Assembly: GCA_002335495.1 (NCBI GenBank)
Contig: DDBW01000020.1
Location: 11,124-75,123 of the forward strand
DNA length: 64,000 bases
Origin: Candidatus Dojkabacteria bacterium UBA2022
Lineage (GTDB): Bacteria; Patescibacteriota; Dojkabacteria; SC72
Reading direction: 5' to 3'
The position numbers and the translations under genes are program-made. This document shows, piece after piece, positions 59,853 to 64,000 of the stretch. Within the stretch, counting starts at the first letter, position 1; the number at the start of each line of letters is the position of its first letter. The notes under the pieces were generated by a model. The model did no database searches. It was given only the letters and a program-made list of their open reading frames with translations, and was not told where the DNA came from.

Positions 59853-60377
59853 ATGGAGAAGAAAAGTAAAAAGAGTGAGGGTAAGAAAGAGACTAAAAAG
59901 GCTGCCTATGTTGCCCCAAAAAGATTGGTAAGATCAAAGACCGATCAAATCATCGCCGGTGTATGTGGTGGAATTGCAGAATATTTTGAGATTGATCCGA
60001 TAATTGTGCGATTGCTCTTTGCACTGCTAGTCTTCTCTGGAGGATCCGGAGTTCTTATATACATAATTCTTTGGATAATTATGCCTGAGAAAGGAGACGA
60101 AAATAAAAGCCATAATCAAGTTGTGAAAGAAAATGCAAAGGATTTTGAACAGAAGGTCGAACAGTGGGCTGATAGCATGGATAAACCTGATAACAGAAAG
60201 AAGACTCAGCTATGGTTTGGAGTTGCTATTGTTGTATTGGGAACCTACCTTACCCTGCAAAACTTTGGTATCGGTAGTATGTTTAACCTTGGCTGGTATA
60301 TTGGTAAATTTTGGCCATTAATAATTGTTGGACTAGGAGTAATAATTTTAGTCAAAAGAGATAATGGAAATAAATAA
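59853..60377 (+). CDS. PspC-domain membrane protein
   Basis: The PspC signature (DQIIAGVCGGIAEYFEIDPIIVRLLFALLVFSGG) is followed by TM helices. Confidence 0.7.
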   Translation: MEKKSKKSEGKKETKKAAYVAPKRLVRSKTDQIIAGVCGGIAEYFEIDPIIVRLLFALLVFSGGSGVLIYIILWIIMPEKGDENKSHNQVVKENAKDFEQKVEQWADSMDKPDNRKKTQLWFGVAIVVLGTYLTLQNFGIGSMFNLGWYIGKFWPLIIVGLGVIILVKRDNGNK

Positions 60378-61365
60378 TAAAGTTGTAGAAAGAATCTCTC
60401 TTGCCATTACCCTTATATTTGTAGGCTCTCTCTTTCTTCTGGGTAATCTAGGATATATCACTTTCAAGTCTGTAATACAGTTCTTCCTTGATTTCTGGCC
60501 ACTATTTATCGTGTTGGCAGGAGTAAAGCTGATAATTGGTGCCTTTAAGTATGGTGGGGTTATAAACTTGCTTATTGACCTTGTTGTAAATGTAATAATT
60601 GTTCTGTCTCTCCTTGCTTTAACTTCTGGTTCAATGGACTCATATCGTGCAAAAGATGCTTGGTGGAAAAACTATATGGAAAAAGTGAAAATAGTTAATA
60701 TCGACGAATCGTATAACGTAACCGAGCAAGAGTATCCCCGATCTGACATTAGCAGTATTAAGTATTATTTTGATATAGGCTTTGGAGACTTCTCTGTTAA
60801 ACAAACTACAGGAAAGGACTATCTTGAGATAAGTGGGACATACCCTGAAAAGTTGGTTGTACCTGAGATGACCACTGGATTGAATGATGGTCTTTTAGAT
60901 ATCCGTTTCTCGCAGACTAGTGAATCGAAGAAACTGTTCGCGCCATGGTACTGGGGCGATGCTAGTACTGTACTAGGTTTAAGTCAGACTAATCTACCTA
61001 TTAAATTTGTATTAAAAGTAGGGGCGGGAGATGGAGATGTTGATCTAAGAGGTATGGACCTTACAAAAGCATCTGTTGATCTAGGTGCAGGCAACATCGA
61101 CGTTAAGATGGATTCAATTCCCAAAGAAGGGCTTAAATTAAACGTAGGGGCTGGAGATTTAAGTCTCTATCTGCCTAAAGAAGCTAAGTTCACAATGAAA
61201 TATGGTGTAGGAGCTGGTAATCTTGGATATAGTGAAAAGGGAGGTGAGTCAAAAAGTTTTGGTGGATTGGGTTCAAACGGTAGTTTAAATAGAGGAACTG
61301 GAGATGTGTTACCTGTACTTGAAATATCTGTTGGGGCGGGAAATGTTGATCTGTATTTTGAGTAG
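60364..61365 (+). CDS. membrane protein with DUF4097/LiaG-like putative-adhesin beta-helix repeats
   Basis: It has N-terminal TM helices. A repetitive VGAGD/LGAGN/VGAGN beta-solenoid-like C-terminal region follows. It is adjacent to the PspC-domain gene, as in cell-envelope stress modules. Confidence 0.5.
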   Translation: MEINNKVVERISLAITLIFVGSLFLLGNLGYITFKSVIQFFLDFWPLFIVLAGVKLIIGAFKYGGVINLLIDLVVNVIIVLSLLALTSGSMDSYRAKDAWWKNYMEKVKIVNIDESYNVTEQEYPRSDISSIKYYFDIGFGDFSVKQTTGKDYLEISGTYPEKLVVPEMTTGLNDGLLDIRFSQTSESKKLFAPWYWGDASTVLGLSQTNLPIKFVLKVGAGDGDVDLRGMDLTKASVDLGAGNIDVKMDSIPKEGLKLNVGAGDLSLYLPKEAKFTMKYGVGAGNLGYSEKGGESKSFGGLGSNGSLNRGTGDVLPVLEISVGAGNVDLYFE

Positions 61366-61399
61366 CTTTCTACATTACCTTGTTTTAGTGTATAATTGC

Positions 61400-61650
61400 C
61401 CAGGCGATGAAGAGAAAGTATCTCTGATCTCACTTTAGTGAGCCCTGTTTAGTGTAAAAGGGTAGCGAGTAAGAAGATATGCAAGGTCTCTGAGCTGAGG
61501 AAAGAAAACTTTTTGGTGAGTAGAATCCTTCGTTGACTGCGATAAAGTTTAAATAAGTCTAGCACTGCTAGAGAATGAAGGTGGTACCGTGTTTATATAC
61601 ACCCTTCGTAAGTATCTAATTAGGTATTTACGAAGGGTGTTTTTTATTAA
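61400..61650 (+). promoter_or_regulatory. T-box riboswitch leader (probable Lys specifier) with intrinsic terminator, regulating lysS
   Basis: The T-box sequence AATGAAGGTGGTACCGTG (61576-61593) matches the AAUUAGGGUGGNACCGCG consensus. The terminator is CACCCTTCGTAA...TTACGAAGGGTG plus T7 (61598-61648). A 5' stem carries a GA/K-turn-like AGAGA...AGTA. The candidate specifier is AAG-A. A TGTATAAT -10 is at 61389-61396. Confidence 0.65.
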
Positions 61651-61667
61651 TTTTATATATTCTAAAT

Positions 61668-63695
61668 ATGACAAACGATCAGAGAAGCGATTTGATTGGC
61701 CAAAGAAACGTAAGGTTGGAGAAAATTGAGAGAATGAAAGCTATGGGAATTGATCCATATCCTTCAAACTCATTAAGAAACGTATCCAACTCCGAGGTTA
61801 TTCAAAACTACAGTAAACATGAAGGACAGGTTGTTACAGTAGCCGGTCGATTAATGTCTATAAGAGAACACGGTCAGATAGTATTCGGACATATTCAAGA
61901 TCCTACAGATAGACTTCAGTTATATATCAAAGCTGATTCATTAGCATCTACAAGTAAAGAGAGCATCGGATTTGAAAATATGGACCTATTTGATATTGGA
62001 GATATTGTAGAAGCTACTGGAATTGTCACAAAGACTCAAAGAGGAGAAGTCTCTGTTCAGCCAACCACTTTGCGCATGCTTACCAAATCCATCCGTCCAC
62101 TTCCTGATAAATGGGCTGGTTTGCAAGATAAAGAAGCGAAATTTAGACAAAGATATCTAGATTTGATAATGGATCCTTCCAAGAAAAATAAATTTGTAGA
62201 CTCGGCCAGAATCCTTTTTGCAATAAGATCATTTTTAAATGAAAGAGGATTTCTTGAAATTAAAACACCTGTTATACAACCCCTTTATGGAGGAACAAAC
62301 GCACGTCCTTTTAGCACATACATGAATGCCTTAGGCACCGATTTCTATCTCGCAATTGCTCACGAATTGTATCTTAAAAGATTGATAACCGCGGGATTTG
62401 AAAACGTTTACAACATGACTGGATATTTCAGAAACGAAGGGATCGATAGGACTCACAATCCTGAGTTTCAGATGCTTGAAACTATGACCGCATATAAAAA
62501 TTACGAGTACAACATGGAGCTTCTTGAGAGCATGTATAAACATGTAGCAAAGAATGTAATGCAAAAAAATGTGTATAAAGTTGGAGGGCATGAAATAGAC
62601 CTAATGGGTAACTGGGAAAGAATAATGATGGTAGATGCTGTCCGAAAACATACGGGAGTAGATTTTAATAAGATTAGCAATCTAAAGGATGCACACCAAG
62701 CGTTGACGAGCATAGGATATAAAGGTGAGATGCCTGATTCTATTGGGGAATCTATGAAGGTAGTCTTTGAAGAAAAAGTAGAAGAGAAACTCATACAACC
62801 TACAATTATCTACGGACACCCTGTAGAGATATCTCCACTTGCAAAAAGAATGACATCTGATCCTAGATATGTTGAAAGATTTGAAATATTTATAGGCGGA
62901 ATTGAACAAGGAGATAACTGGAGTGAGTTAAATAACCCTGTTGAGCTTTTTGATAGATTTAAAGCACAGAGCTTGGCTAAAAAGATTGATGAGGACGATG
63001 TAGCTCATCCAATGGATATTGAATTTATTGAAACCATGGAGTACGGAATGCCTCCTACTACTGGCTTAGGGCCTGGTATTGAAAGATTCCAAATGCTATT
63101 TACTGAATCTGAGTATATTGATGATGTTATATTCTTCCCATTGATGAGACCAGCTCCTGTAACCAAACTTCAGAAAGAAATATACGGAGAAGACGCCTTG
63201 GAAGGAAATGAGAAATTGATAGGTCGAAACAGTAAGGGGGAAGTTAAAGCAAAAGCTTCGGGACCTAAGGTTCAGGATACATCTAAGAAAATAGTTTTGC
63301 TCCTAAACTCGGAGCTTTCTGGTTGGAAGGTTACAAACACGGTTGGACATCTATCCGCTCTTGTCGCTAACATGATCGATAGGGAGAGTTTTGCAAGTAC
63401 TGATTCATTTGAGTTTTCAGATGGTGTCCGAATTCCTGCTAACTCTCAGTATCCAATAGTGGCTTTGGGAGCAACCGATGCTCAGTTAAAGAACTTCTTT
63501 GCTAAAACCAAGGATATGAAAGACATTATTCTCACCGTTTACACTAAGGAAATGCTTGAAATAAAGTCAGATAATGAGATCACAGATGCGTTGCAAAAAA
63601 TAACAATCAATGATTCTGAAATATACGGAATTGGGTTGTTCGGTGATAATGATACTCTGAAGAGCTTAACAAACAAATTTAGTCTGTATAAATAG
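61668..63695 (+). CDS. lysS: lysyl-tRNA synthetase (class II) with a ~180-aa C-terminal PTH2/DUF2000-like extension
   Basis: The N-terminal OB anticodon-binding domain and class II motifs 1-3 are present through ...FFPLMRP at residue 495. An extra domain covers residues 496-675. Confidence 0.9.
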   Translation: MTNDQRSDLIGQRNVRLEKIERMKAMGIDPYPSNSLRNVSNSEVIQNYSKHEGQVVTVAGRLMSIREHGQIVFGHIQDPTDRLQLYIKADSLASTSKESIGFENMDLFDIGDIVEATGIVTKTQRGEVSVQPTTLRMLTKSIRPLPDKWAGLQDKEAKFRQRYLDLIMDPSKKNKFVDSARILFAIRSFLNERGFLEIKTPVIQPLYGGTNARPFSTYMNALGTDFYLAIAHELYLKRLITAGFENVYNMTGYFRNEGIDRTHNPEFQMLETMTAYKNYEYNMELLESMYKHVAKNVMQKNVYKVGGHEIDLMGNWERIMMVDAVRKHTGVDFNKISNLKDAHQALTSIGYKGEMPDSIGESMKVVFEEKVEEKLIQPTIIYGHPVEISPLAKRMTSDPRYVERFEIFIGGIEQGDNWSELNNPVELFDRFKAQSLAKKIDEDDVAHPMDIEFIETMEYGMPPTTGLGPGIERFQMLFTESEYIDDVIFFPLMRPAPVTKLQKEIYGEDALEGNEKLIGRNSKGEVKAKASGPKVQDTSKKIVLLLNSELSGWKVTNTVGHLSALVANMIDRESFASTDSFEFSDGVRIPANSQYPIVALGATDAQLKNFFAKTKDMKDIILTVYTKEMLEIKSDNEITDALQKITINDSEIYGIGLFGDNDTLKSLTNKFSLYK

Positions 63696-63727
63696 AATAT
63701 TTGTTGAATTGAGAGTAAAATCTCTAT

Positions 63728-64000
63728 ATGCAAAGCATTCAGGATTTAATCAAGATTAAAGAGAATCTGAAAAAAGAAGTTCTTGAGAAACGCCATTATA
63801 TTTCTCAAGAGTTCCAGGATTATGGCTTTAGAATAGCCTCTAAACTGGGTACGCTTAGTCAGTTATCGATGTACATAAAGCTTGCAAAAGATAAACCTCG
63901 AGCCTTGCTTGAGCAGGCTTTTAGTTTTGCAATTGATTATCCTAATGCAACTAACAAAGGCAAGATATTTATGTGGAAGCTCAAAGAACTTGAGCTTGAA
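63728..64000 (+). CDS. hypothetical protein (3' partial; runs off the window)
   Basis: The open frame begins at ATG 63728 and continues to the window end. Confidence 0.35.
   Translation, partial: MQSIQDLIKIKENLKKEVLEKRHYISQEFQDYGFRIASKLGTLSQLSMYIKLAKDKPRALLEQAFSFAIDYPNATNKGKIFMWKLKELELE

Noticed and set aside
1-64000. CRISPR array, diversity-generating retroelement, IS element or prophage
   Set aside because: No regularly spaced direct repeats, reverse transcriptase, transposase, integrase, terminase or capsid-like ORFs were seen. The M23 giant protein alone is not enough to call a prophage.

Overview
The window is a single-replicon, low-GC bacterial chromosome segment. Its centre is the universal translation cluster: fusA-tuf, then the S10-spc-alpha ribosomal-protein run, secY-adk-map-infA-rpmJ-rpsM-rpsK-rpsD-rpoA-rplQ, then rplM-rpsI. 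An RNase P RNA lies immediately downstream of that cluster. Housekeeping genes follow: fmt, queA, tgt, rny-ymdB, hup, pyrH, greA, trmD, glyQS, a tRNA-Glu, and lysS behind a T-box leader. Several traits suggest a reduced-genome, Patescibacteria/CPR-like lineage using the standard genetic code. rpmD (L30) is absent between rpsE and rplO. rpsL and rpsG are absent upstream of fusA. Almost no genes carry a Shine-Dalgarno motif. Small ribosomal proteins carry lysine-rich extensions. This lineage call is inference. The first ~10 kb is a co-directional accessory block of secreted and envelope proteins. It contains a fibronectin-III surface protein with a (Thr-Pro)13 linker, a Cys-rich secreted protein, a VirB6/TrbL-like polytopic membrane protein, and a 1020-aa protein ending in an M23 peptidase domain. 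A UbiA-family glycolipid enzyme, an amidase-SH3b and an Rpf-type transglycosylase follow it. The most interesting item is an unannotated 42-codon ORF at 47423-47551. It encodes a leader-GG-core peptide whose core is rich in Thr, Ser and Cys. It is translationally coupled (TGATG) to a 449-aa protein with kinase-like catalytic motifs and is preceded by a GNAT-like gene. This looks like a compact RiPP (lanthipeptide-like) locus. Other notable points are a LysRS fused to a C-terminal PTH2/DUF2000-like domain, a Cys4 zinc-knuckle form of ribosomal protein L24, and a degraded gene fragment carrying a PTP-loop motif. No CRISPR array, transposase, integrase or reverse transcriptase was seen.
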